Source of the DNA: an uncultured Chitinophagales bacterium
GTDB taxonomy: Bacteria > Bacteroidota > Rhodothermia > Balneolales > DATFMH01
NCBI GenBank assembly: GCA_964572735.1
Contig: CAZNHE010000003.1
Span: 22,407 to 83,368 of the forward strand
DNA length: 60,962 nucleotides
Direction: 5' to 3'
The notes under the pieces were generated by a model that was not told the origin of the DNA, ran no database searches, and saw only the letters and a list, made by a program, of their open reading frames with translations. Positions 1 through 9,250 of the stretch are shown in pieces; position 1 is the stretch's first letter; each line of letters starts with the position of its first letter. A program made the translations under genes and the position numbers.

Positions 1-653
1 GGTGCGGCGATAAAATCGATAACCACGTCTATCCCGCGGCCTTTTGTTGCTTCCATGACAGCCTCTTCAAAAGGGCCCTTGTGATAATCGATTGTCGTTT
101 CTGCTCCAAGGTCATGGCATAACGCGTGTTTTGATGAAGAGGCTGTCACCACAATCCCGGCGCCTGTTTCGCGCGCCAGTTGAATAGCTGCCGTTCCCAC
201 CCCGCTGGCTCCGGCATGGACCAGCACCGTTTCTCCTTTCCTGAGTTTCCCCAGCCAGTACAGGGCCTGAAAAGCCGTAAGAAAGGCTTCCGGAATGGCG
301 GCCGCTTCTTCCATGGACAGCCGTGCGGGAACGGGCAGAGCCATGTCCTCATGGATTACGGCATACCCGGCATAACCCCCACCGGGAAGCAAACCAAACA
401 CCTTGTCGCCCTCTTTCCACTTTGTTGCCTGCGGCCCGTTACGGACCACCGTTCCCGCCATTTCCAATCCAAGCAACGGACTGGCGCCCCGGGGCGGCGG
501 ATATTTGCCTCTCCGCTGCAGAATATCCGCCCGATTGATCGCCGTAGCCTCCACTTTAACAAGAACCTGTCCGGCTCCCGGTTCGGGATCTTCCCATTCT
601 CCGATGTGTAACACTCCGGGATCGCCCGGCTCATCATAAATAATCGCTTTCAT
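1..653 (-). CDS. NAD(P)H-quinone oxidoreductase, PIG3/zeta-crystallin family (3' end outside window)
   Basis: Not in the ORF track. Manual translation from ATG at 653 gives MKAIIYDEPGDPGVL...INRADILQRRGKYPPPRGASPLLGLEMAG...VLVHAGASGVGTAAIQLA, with PIG3-type and NADPH-binding motifs. Confidence 0.9.
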   Translation of the reverse strand, partial: MKAIIYDEPGDPGVLHIGEWEDPEPGAGQVLVKVEATAINRADILQRRGKYPPPRGASPLLGLEMAGTVVRNGPQATKWKEGDKVFGLLPGGGYAGYAVIHEDMALPVPARLSMEEAAAIPEAFLTAFQALYWLGKLRKGETVLVHAGASGVGTAAIQLARETGAGIVVTASSSKHALCHDLGAETTIDYHKGPFEEAVMEATKGRGIDVVIDFIAA

Positions 654-944
654 GGGTTTCCTTATAAAAAAACATAAAAAACTTTCATCATCCTAAGAAA
701 GATCTCATAAGAAACCGTTCCTTTTGGGACTGAAATACGAGAAATCTCCGTTCTTCTTATCCTCTCATACAACTACAAAAAATTACTCTTTTATTTGAAA
801 TACAAGAATCCTAACTTCCCTACTTTTCAAAAATATTCCGGCTGATATAAAAGCTCTGATACAGGTTCGTGGCGTACTATCCGAACGGTTTACTTTCGTT
901 TTTGATTGTACAATAGGTTATTATACACCCTCTATTTCATTTCC

Positions 945-1508
945 ATGAGGATCATTTTATTTGGTCCGCCGGGAGCCGGTAAGGGCACCCAGGCGCGACG
1001 GATACACCACACATATCATATTCCTCCTCTGTCTACAGGAAAAATATTTCGGGACCATATTGAAGATCAGACCCTGTTGGGAAAAACCGTGAAATCCTAC
1101 ATTGATGAAGGAAGACTGGTTCCCGATGCTTATGTGCTTGATCTGGTTTCTATGACGATTGAAGAAGACAGATACCGTGAAGGATATATTATGGACGGTT
1201 TTCCACGCACCGTCCATCAGGCTGAAGAGTTTGATCTGTTATTAGAACAGAGGAATGAATCTGTCGACGCATGCATTGGTCTGGATGTGCCGAATGAGGA
1301 ATTAATCCACCGGCTGAAGAATCGTGAAGAAGGGCGGTCAGACGACAATCCCGATAAAATAAAAGTACGCCTGCAGGTCTACCACGATCAGACCGCACCT
1401 GTCATGCATTATTATAATGAAAAGGGCCTTTTTCATAAGATTGACGGAACAGGAGGGATAGACCGTACTTTTGAGGAGATCCAGGATGTACTGAATCAAT
1501 ATGCCTGA
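945..1508 (+). CDS. adk: Adenylate kinase, short-LID type
   Basis: P-loop GPPGAGKGTQ, plus LVPD, DGFPRT and GRSDD; ATG at 945 preferred over TTG at 906. Confidence 0.95.
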   Translation: MRIILFGPPGAGKGTQARRIHHTYHIPPLSTGKIFRDHIEDQTLLGKTVKSYIDEGRLVPDAYVLDLVSMTIEEDRYREGYIMDGFPRTVHQAEEFDLLLEQRNESVDACIGLDVPNEELIHRLKNREEGRSDDNPDKIKVRLQVYHDQTAPVMHYYNEKGLFHKIDGTGGIDRTFEEIQDVLNQYA

Positions 1509-2413
1509 TATCCGGCGTTATTTAAGGCTTTCACCAGCGCCGGCGTTACCTTGCTGAGGTCGTCGACCTTGTTGAAAAAAGGGGCAAGCGGTCCGTTTAC
1601 AAACAGGGGAACCTTATTAAGTGTATGTCCTTTTACGGACAAATCTTCCAGGTTGCCATGGTCGCTGGTAACTATAAGCGTGGTGGATTCCGGCTTGTTT
1701 TTCAGGATATGTAACATCAGCCTGTCGATCCGCGCAAGCATTTCCCTGGCATACGCGACATCCTGTTTATGTCCGGCCATATCTGTCAGATAATATTCAA
1801 CTAAAACGAGATCTACTTGTTTCGACATCGTCAGGACCCGATCGGCGGCTTCTTCCTCTGTAATTACCGGTACCTGGGGATATAGTTTCTCCTTCCAGAA
1901 ATCCTGACGCAGATCTGCTGTTATTGCCGTCCCATTCATAATCTCCTTCAGGCTGTTCAATACCTGGCCTGCGCTGCGGGTCATAAGGGTACAACAACTC
2001 CACCGGTTCCGGGTTTTGGAACGGGTTATATAGCTCTCGGGAAAGGCATTCATGAAATAACAGCTCCTTCCTGCTTTTTTTAATTGATGAAACAGGCTTT
2101 GTTCCTTTAGCAGGTGCCGGATCTTTGAGTGAGGCCATGGTCCAAAGTGCCGCCCAAGTATCTTTGATGCATTGACTCCCGAAAACAACGTAGCCTGCCC
2201 CGTACCGCTTTGCGGGAGTCCGCGGATACCAAGACAAGCATCGACAGGCAGGAAAAGCGCGTCTTCTCGTTGATAGGGTGTTGTATTTCGTGTCATGGCT
2301 TTCCCTCCGGAGAGTGCAGAAAAAGCGGGATACCGGTCGTCTTCCCCGAAAGGATTCGCTCCGTCGTCATTCCCCAGTCCGATCCCGTCTATAAAAACAA
2401 AAATGACGGCCAT
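1496..2413 (-). CDS. Alkaline phosphatase-superfamily metalloenzyme (iPGM/phosphopentomutase-like)
   Basis: FIDGIG, PQSGTGQ, TDMAGH, TSDHGN and HTLNKVP metal-site motifs; overlaps the adk 3' end by 13 bp. Confidence 0.8.
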   Translation of the reverse strand: MAVIFVFIDGIGLGNDDGANPFGEDDRYPAFSALSGGKAMTRNTTPYQREDALFLPVDACLGIRGLPQSGTGQATLFSGVNASKILGRHFGPWPHSKIRHLLKEQSLFHQLKKAGRSCYFMNAFPESYITRSKTRNRWSCCTLMTRSAGQVLNSLKEIMNGTAITADLRQDFWKEKLYPQVPVITEEEAADRVLTMSKQVDLVLVEYYLTDMAGHKQDVAYAREMLARIDRLMLHILKNKPESTTLIVTSDHGNLEDLSVKGHTLNKVPLFVNGPLAPFFNKVDDLSKVTPALVKALNNAGYQAY

Positions 2414-2853
2414 TACTTGTCTATAATTATGGTCACGGGACCTTTGTTTACAAGTTCGATATCCATCATGGCGCCGAATGTTCCGGTTTCTATCTGAAGA
2501 TCGGTATTATTACGAAACCAGTCGATTAATTTGTTATACAATGGTTCTGCCGTCTCTGGCGGGGCCGCTTCCGAAAATCCCGGCCGGGTTCCCTTGCGGG
2601 TATCGGCATACAAGGTAAATTGCGAAACGATTAACAACCCGCCGCAGATATCGCTGACGGAACGATTCATTTTCCCTTTTTCATCCTCAAATATCCGCAG
2701 GCGGGCAATTTTAGATCCCATCCATTCAACAATATCTTCCGTATCCTTTAAATGAACCCCGACCAAAAGCACCAATCCCTCTCCTATGGCTCCCTTTATC
2801 TGACGGTCTATCGATACGGATGCTTTTGATACCCGTTGCAGAACGATTCTCAT
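2413..2853 (-). CDS. dtd: D-aminoacyl-tRNA deacylase
   Basis: MRIVLQRV, SQFTL, FGAMM and NxGPVT motifs. Confidence 0.95.
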   Translation of the reverse strand: MRIVLQRVSKASVSIDRQIKGAIGEGLVLLVGVHLKDTEDIVEWMGSKIARLRIFEDEKGKMNRSVSDICGGLLIVSQFTLYADTRKGTRPGFSEAAPPETAEPLYNKLIDWFRNNTDLQIETGTFGAMMDIELVNKGPVTIIIDK

Positions 2854-2859
2854 AGTGTG

Positions 2860-3220
2860 TAAAATTATGTGGAAAAGAGACCGGTTTCCTGTGTATAACT
2901 GAAGAACCGGGAATTACAAAAAAAGTTATAAATACCTATTCACAAAATACCGGTATAATCCACAGATTCCTCCCTCTTTAAAAAATCTGGATAACTTCTT
3001 CACAGATTATATTAAAAGTATATAATACTGTGGATAATAATTCAAAGCGTAACAAAAAGGTTGTTTTTATTGAATAGATTACCCACAAAGTTGTAAACAT
3101 TTATATAACAAAGACTCTTTTGTTATGGGAAAATTGGTTATTAACATATAAACAAGGTATTACTATATACTACTATTATTTATCTATAAAACTGTTATCG
3201 AATACTACTGTGGAAAAGCA
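2860..3220. other. Putative chromosomal replication origin (oriC)
   Basis: AT-rich intergenic region. Consensus DnaA boxes TGTGTATAA 2890-2898 and TGTGGATAA 3029-3037; near-consensus boxes at 2868, 2936, 2956, 2986, 2996, 3079, 3138 and 3209; TAC/TAT trinucleotide run 3158-3179 resembling DnaA-trios. Confidence 0.8.
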
Positions 3221-3307
3221 GGAAGAAAGACTCTTCATCCTGTAAAAGCTGTTTCTCAGATACCCCCGAAATTAGTTATCTTCGTCGAATCATCACTTTG
3301 AAGCCTT

Positions 3308-4315
3308 ATGACTGATTCGAAAAAATACTCCTATAAATCTTCCGGGGTCGATATTCATGCCGGTGAAGCGCTGGTCAATTCGATAAAAGATCTTGTTAAG
3401 ACCACTCACAATGCCTCTGTTTTACGGAATATAGGAGGTTTCGGTGCATTTTATCTTCCCGATCTTTCAGGCTATCGCGAGCCTGTGCTGGTAAGCAGCG
3501 TGGATGGAGTGGGTACAAAACTAAAAGTAGCCTTCAAGGCAGGTATTTATAATACAGTGGGACATGATCTGGTGAATCACTGCGTGAATGATATTGCCGT
3601 GTGCGGAGCCGAACCTCTTTATTTTCTTGATTATTTCTCGACCGGGAAGCTGGATCAGGATGTTGCTTTAGAAGTTGTCCGGGGGTTCACAGAGGGATGT
3701 CTGGAAAACGGGTGTGCCCTTATTGGCGGTGAAACAGCCGAGATGCCGGATATTTATGCCGCCGGTGAGTTTGATCTGGCGGGAACTATTGTAGGGGTTG
3801 TCGATCGCGACCGCATTTTCGACGGCAGCAGGGTACAGCGCGGCGATGTACTGCTGGGACTTTCGGGTAACGGACTTCATACCAACGGCTATTCTCTCGC
3901 ACGCAGGGTGTTGTTTGACCATTTCGGCATAAACGATTTTGTGGAAGAACTGGGAACAACTCTTAAAGAGGCCCTTCTTGCCGTTCATCGTTCATACCTG
4001 AGCGTCATCCGGTATCTCAGCAGCGTGAGAGGGGTGCATGCCTTTTCCCACATCACCGGTGGCGGAATTGCCGGAAATACACAGCGGGTTATCCCCGGGG
4101 ATCTGAGACTAAAAGTGGACTGGGAAGCATGGGAGTGGCCGGCTATTTTCAAACTGATTCAAAAACTGGGCAATGTGGATGATCCCGATATGCAGGCAAC
4201 GTTCAACCTGGGTATCGGATTGGTGGTTATTGTTGATCCGGCTGACGTCCATAAAATAACGGGCCTCTTGAAAGATAAGGGGGAAGAACCGGTTGTTGTA
4301 GGCCTTGTCGGGTAG
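3308..4315 (+). CDS. purM: Phosphoribosylformylglycinamidine cyclo-ligase (AIR synthase)
   Basis: YKSSGVD, DGVGTK, GGETAEMP, GLHTNGYSL, HITGGG and TFNLGIG motifs. Confidence 0.97.
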   Translation: MTDSKKYSYKSSGVDIHAGEALVNSIKDLVKTTHNASVLRNIGGFGAFYLPDLSGYREPVLVSSVDGVGTKLKVAFKAGIYNTVGHDLVNHCVNDIAVCGAEPLYFLDYFSTGKLDQDVALEVVRGFTEGCLENGCALIGGETAEMPDIYAAGEFDLAGTIVGVVDRDRIFDGSRVQRGDVLLGLSGNGLHTNGYSLARRVLFDHFGINDFVEELGTTLKEALLAVHRSYLSVIRYLSSVRGVHAFSHITGGGIAGNTQRVIPGDLRLKVDWEAWEWPAIFKLIQKLGNVDDPDMQATFNLGIGLVVIVDPADVHKITGLLKDKGEEPVVVGLVG

Positions 4316-4398
4316 CCGGAAATTTCCATAAATCCTCTTATTATATCGCGAGTTACGAACTTGTGATATGTGATGGCTTTTCCTGAAGCAGATCCAAT

Positions 4399-7251
4399 CT
4401 AATAATTTGATCCTCCGAAAACAGTTACTTTATCCCTTGTGGCTTCCCAGGCCAGCATAATACCAAGATCGATCCGGATGTTAGGCAGACCCGCCACAAA
4501 ATGGAGTCCCGCTCCGTAAATAGTCCGGGAGGCACCTATCAAATCCGGCTGGTCCAGATCGGTCACAGAATTGGTAAAGAGGGTACCGTAAATCTGCTGC
4601 AGATATATGGGAATAAGAAAACCACCGTTGTCAGGCGTGATCAAAGGGATGGTATAACGGGTCTGAAAACTCAGAACATTATGTACATTCATCAGAGGAT
4701 GGTCGGTGAAACCGTCGGTTTCGATGTCGTGTGTGGAAAAGAGACCGTACTGCGACTGTGTCTGGTAGATCAGTGCGAGGCGTAATGATTGGTTAAGCCT
4801 CCGGAGTGGAGAAAGAAACTGGTACCATCCCGCACGGAAAGCGGAACGTTTATAAGCAAGAGAGGAAGCAAGATCGGTTTTCGTTTCCAGGAAGAGAACG
4901 GTTCCGCCGTTCGGCTGGGCATCGCGGATATCCTGCCTCAGTTTCCAGTCAAAAGCCCCGTAAAAATCACCCATAGTTGCATGCGACCAGTCTCCTTGGA
5001 TGTGCGTTGAATTTATAAAGCGGAAATCTTCATATTCAATCTTCGGCTCAAAATAGAGGCTGCTGTACCGTACATTCTGTTCCAGCGTTACCGGGATAGG
5101 AATACTCACCGAGAAACCTTTCTCTCCAAGCGTAAAGGAATCTATTTGGTTAAAATTGTAAGGGTTGTGAATGACGTAAGTATCTCCATTAGTTTTGTGA
5201 TAAAAATTAAGGATGAAACCGGGGTAATAGCCTGTGAACCGATAGTAAGCATCGTACCATAACCGGTTATACCCGACCGTGAACGCGGCCGAATATAGGT
5301 TACGCTGCAAAAAGTCCTGGCTAAAAAAATACGCGCCCCATTTTAATCCCGTAAAAGAATCGTAGGAGAAATAAGGAATAAAAATTCTTGGTCTCAGCCA
5401 GGCCAGTCCGGTATGATAGCGTTCTATATTCCATTTACCCTGTTCAGGTTTCCAGCGGGAAGCGAGCCTCGGCGCATTCATCCGATCTGTCACGTTCGCA
5501 TGCCAGATGGATTTCCGGACAAGGGTATGTATCTGTCCGTTATCAGGCATTACCACCGGTACGCGTCCGGCGCCCTGTTGTGCAACATAGGCGATTTTTT
5601 GTCCGTCCGGCGAAAAGGATGCTTCAAGGGCATTATAAAGGCTGTTCGTAAGCTGAAAAACCTCCTTTGAGACGCGATCATAGCAATATATGTTCATGAC
5701 GCCTCCCCGGTCACAGCTAAACAAAAGTTTTGATCCATCCGGACTCCAGGACGGATCAAAAACGGAGGCATTATGAAAGGCAATATCCGGCCGGCGGTTC
5801 ATCACATCTTTCCGGTCATTCTTCCTAACGAACCAGATTCCCTGAATGCCGTTCCGGTTGGCAACCACGGCGGTCAGGCTGGTATCCACAGGACTGGGTG
5901 CGATTGCTATCAGAGTGTTTGGTTTTATATCCAGAACCGGCGTTACTTTTCCCTGATGAGAGATATTCACCCACCGCGCACTTTGCTGATCGGTCTGTAA
6001 CCCCCAGAAGCCTGCTCCGTGAAAAACAGGAGCGAAAACCCGTTGGCGATCTGTTATGCGGGTTGTTTTGTTGCTGTCAAAACGATATTCGTAAATATCC
6101 GCCTGGTAATCGTTGTAGTAAATCGGGCTAGGGCGGTAGTTGGCGAATACCAAAGCTGTGCGGGATTTATTCAGGCCGTACCGGTAATCTTCGACCGAAG
6201 AGGTGGCGAGGATTTTTTTAAGGGTATTCTTGTTTAGATCATAGCGGTAAAACCCGGGATCGGCATTGTAAAAAGAAGCATAAAAAAGAATGGTGTGATT
6301 ATTAAGCCAGAGCGGACGGTGTACTTCCGGACTTTTGTAAGGTAACTTCAGAATCTTTTTCCGGTATTCGCCCTGCATACGGAGGGAATCAAGCCGTATC
6401 TGTTCGGCCTGCTGTTTATCCCTCTCGAACTCGTGATACAGATGGCCGGGCCAGCTTCCTGTTTTTGCCCAAACCGCCACGCCGAGCCCCAGGAAGGGCC
6501 ATCTGCTGTCAAAATCGATAATTTTTCGGACAGTCTTTTTTCCATAGTTCGATTCCAGCCAGTTTACATACTGATATCCACCTATATAATGGCGGTCGAG
6601 AGGCCTCGTTTGTCCGGAAATGGTCAGCAATTGGCCCATGCTCCACGGATGGCTTCCATCAAGATTGGCCCGGAAGTAATTGGTAAACATGGCATAATTG
6701 CCCCGCCCGCCGATACCCGGACGCACATTCGATTCATTATATACCGCCAGCCCCTCATCAAAGCCGGTCGGGATATTTGCCTGCAGAGAACGTGCAAGAT
6801 CCGGCGAGAACGCTTTCACAAACCCGCTTATGCCGGGCCATGGAAGCACTGAAAACTGCATGGCATGCACCAGTTCATGAGGAAACACATTTTCAAACCA
6901 GCCGCCCGTTCTCGGGTTATTCGCTTTGCCTTTCATAGCAGGCACTTCCACTTCCATATGAAACAGAAATGGGGTGACATACCCGTTCCCCAGATCATTA
7001 TATCCATTCAGGATAACCGGGAAATGATGAAGTGATCCGCCGGTCAGTGAAGCCGCATTCCCGTATTGATCCTCAAGAATACCGGCCGCGGCTTTGGCTG
7101 CCGGCTCCTCTCCCTGATGATAAATCACCCGAAAATGAGAAGTATTCAACTGGTACCATTTAAGCGGCGGACGATAAATCTGGGCATAACTCCATGCGGG
7201 AAGCAACAGAAAAAAAAGGATGATGCCTTTGTAATAAAAAAGTAGCTTCAT
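4399..7251 (-). CDS. Secreted/outer-membrane protein: zincin domain + TolB/PD40 beta-propeller + C-terminal Omp85-like beta region
   Basis: Signal peptide ending SYA-Q; HELVH plus EGLAVY; PSWSPDG and SFSPDG repeats; aromatic-rich beta-strand C-terminus ending in Tyr. Confidence 0.7.
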   Translation of the reverse strand: MKLLFYYKGIILFFLLLPAWSYAQIYRPPLKWYQLNTSHFRVIYHQGEEPAAKAAAGILEDQYGNAASLTGGSLHHFPVILNGYNDLGNGYVTPFLFHMEVEVPAMKGKANNPRTGGWFENVFPHELVHAMQFSVLPWPGISGFVKAFSPDLARSLQANIPTGFDEGLAVYNESNVRPGIGGRGNYAMFTNYFRANLDGSHPWSMGQLLTISGQTRPLDRHYIGGYQYVNWLESNYGKKTVRKIIDFDSRWPFLGLGVAVWAKTGSWPGHLYHEFERDKQQAEQIRLDSLRMQGEYRKKILKLPYKSPEVHRPLWLNNHTILFYASFYNADPGFYRYDLNKNTLKKILATSSVEDYRYGLNKSRTALVFANYRPSPIYYNDYQADIYEYRFDSNKTTRITDRQRVFAPVFHGAGFWGLQTDQQSARWVNISHQGKVTPVLDIKPNTLIAIAPSPVDTSLTAVVANRNGIQGIWFVRKNDRKDVMNRRPDIAFHNASVFDPSWSPDGSKLLFSCDRGGVMNIYCYDRVSKEVFQLTNSLYNALEASFSPDGQKIAYVAQQGAGRVPVVMPDNGQIHTLVRKSIWHANVTDRMNAPRLASRWKPEQGKWNIERYHTGLAWLRPRIFIPYFSYDSFTGLKWGAYFFSQDFLQRNLYSAAFTVGYNRLWYDAYYRFTGYYPGFILNFYHKTNGDTYVIHNPYNFNQIDSFTLGEKGFSVSIPIPVTLEQNVRYSSLYFEPKIEYEDFRFINSTHIQGDWSHATMGDFYGAFDWKLRQDIRDAQPNGGTVLFLETKTDLASSLAYKRSAFRAGWYQFLSPLRRLNQSLRLALIYQTQSQYGLFSTHDIETDGFTDHPLMNVHNVLSFQTRYTIPLITPDNGGFLIPIYLQQIYGTLFTNSVTDLDQPDLIGASRTIYGAGLHFVAGLPNIRIDLGIMLAWEATRDKVTVFGGSNY

Positions 7252-7304
7252 AAAAGTTGCCTTATCTTAAGAAGAAGAAAATCCCGGATAAAAGAAGAAA
7301 AATA

Positions 7305-8078
7305 ATGGAAAATATTAAAAAAGGACGCTCTCATAACGAAACGATCATAGATCAGTTTTCAAGACAGGCAGTTCCCTTCTCGCAGGCAGCCGGCCACCTG
7401 GATTCTATCGATTTGCTAATCAGGATGAGTGGAATAACGAACCAGGATACCGTTCTTGATGTGGCATGTGGACCGGGTTTGGTGGCCTGTGAATTTGCAA
7501 AGAAGGCGAAGCACGTCACCGGGATTGATCTGACGTCCGAAATGATCCGTCAGGCCCGCCGCCGCCAGGAAACGATGGATCTCACAAATATGAGCTGGGA
7601 TATCGGCACGGCGGACTCATTGCCTTATCCCGAGAATCACTTTTCCTGCGTTCTTACCCGATACAGTTTTCATCATTTGGAAGATCCGGAGGTCGTACTG
7701 CAGGAAATGATCAGAGTCTGCAAACCGGGAGGAGTGATTTTGATTGACGACTTCCTGATTTCGGCTGAAAAAGCAGAGGCCTTTAATAAGATGGAAATTA
7801 TGAGAGATCCCTCCCATGTAAAGGCGTTGGCGGCAGAAGAATTTGCACGGTTATTTGAGAAATCAGGACTGCATGATCTTAAAAGAGAACATTATGTTCT
7901 CAGGAAAGAATTGGAAAAACATCTGGAAGCTTCTTTTCCCAATCCCGGAGACACCGAAAAGATAAAAGAGTTGTTCCGAAACGACATTGGCGTAGATGAT
8001 TTGGGTGTAGCTGCCCATTTGGAAAAGGAACAGATCTGGTTTTCCTATCCCCTGGTTGTTTTCGCAGGGAGGAAATAG
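7305..8078 (+). CDS. Class I SAM-dependent methyltransferase (UbiE/Methyltransf_11-like)
   Basis: VLDVACGPG, GIDLT, LPYPENHF and RVCKPGG motifs; ATG at 7305. Confidence 0.85.
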   Translation: MENIKKGRSHNETIIDQFSRQAVPFSQAAGHLDSIDLLIRMSGITNQDTVLDVACGPGLVACEFAKKAKHVTGIDLTSEMIRQARRRQETMDLTNMSWDIGTADSLPYPENHFSCVLTRYSFHHLEDPEVVLQEMIRVCKPGGVILIDDFLISAEKAEAFNKMEIMRDPSHVKALAAEEFARLFEKSGLHDLKREHYVLRKELEKHLEASFPNPGDTEKIKELFRNDIGVDDLGVAAHLEKEQIWFSYPLVVFAGRK

Positions 8079-8204
8079 CCGGAAAGGATTCTTTCGATTA
8101 TGGGAAGCACTTCTCTTCCACCGCTTTCCCAAAGGAATTTCAGAGGGAGGATTGAGGTTTATTGTACTGGATGACTGAAAAACAGTAACTAAAAGGGAGA
8201 CGTC

Positions 8205-8672
8205 ATGCCGATTCAACAGCTTATTGAATATCTTGATGATAATGATGTTAAATATACCGTACTGACGCACGAGCGGGCTGTTACGGCGCAGGAAAAAGCC
8301 GCCTCGGCCCATATCAGGGGGAAAGAATTGGCAAAAACCGTAATGGTAAAGATCAACGGCAGGATGGCCATGGCCGTGCTGCCTTCTTCCCGGGATATTG
8401 ATTTTGCATCCTTCCGGAAAGTCACCGGTGCCCGTTCTCTTGAGCTGGCGTCGGAAGAAGAGTTTCGAGGAATGTTCCCCGGGTGCGAGGTAGGCGCCAT
8501 GCCGCCCTTCGGGAACTTATATGGTTTGGAAGTTTACGCCGCTCCGGACTTATCCGAAGACGAACGAATCGCCTTCAATGCCGGCTCACACACAGAATTG
8601 ATCGAATTGTCGTACAGCGACTTCGACCGGTTGGTGAAACCGATCACCCTGGCTTTTTCAAACCGGGAATGA
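8205..8672 (+). CDS. YbaK/EbsC (aminoacyl-tRNA editing) family protein
   Basis: LAKTV, GCEVGAMPPFG and FNAGSH motifs; SD-like AAGGGAG upstream. Confidence 0.9.
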   Translation: MPIQQLIEYLDDNDVKYTVLTHERAVTAQEKAASAHIRGKELAKTVMVKINGRMAMAVLPSSRDIDFASFRKVTGARSLELASEEEFRGMFPGCEVGAMPPFGNLYGLEVYAAPDLSEDERIAFNAGSHTELIELSYSDFDRLVKPITLAFSNRE

Positions 8673-9186
8673 AAGCCATTTTCTTGTAAAACGGACGAAC
8701 AGAATTAGAACCGTCCTTCCGCAAAAATCCTGCCTTTCGATGCGGACAGACGCCCTGAACTTTCTGGAAAAGAGAATGTATTCTCGTTTTTATGTGCGCC
8801 AGATGCAGGTTGCATGACGGATAAATATTGCTATTTTATAGAAAGGCGGATGGTGTTATAAGCCTGATGGCGGGCTATATTTTCACTATTTCTGGTACTC
8901 ATTGTACTTTTTAGATAAGACACACGTGACTGGGGGCAATAGCGTAAGGAACAGGGCAAAAAATTCAACGATGAGTATCCATTTTGAATCGTATGTACGG
9001 TTCAGATTTCGGTTTATTTCCAGAGTATAAAAAAGATGTTTTTTACGTGATACCTGCTTTTCGGATGTCGCTTGTTCAATCCTTCACCTTGATACAAGCT
9101 CATTTCTTCGATGACACGGATTACACAAATTTTTAGGGTATCGCATATCCCTGGTCTATTCTTTCCTCTGAATTTGTACCTTATGT

Positions 9187-9236
9187 TGTAACCGCTTTCT
9201 TAGCGGATGAGGATTCTTCTTTACAAACCGGTTTTT
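9187..9236 (+). promoter_or_regulatory. Possible LacI-family operator pair upstream of the sugar transporter
   Basis: TGTAACCGCTTTCT 9187-9200 and palindrome AAACCGGTTT 9225-9234, both with the central CG typical of LacI/cre sites. Confidence 0.4.
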
Positions 9237-9250
9237 AACGGGTGTCGATC

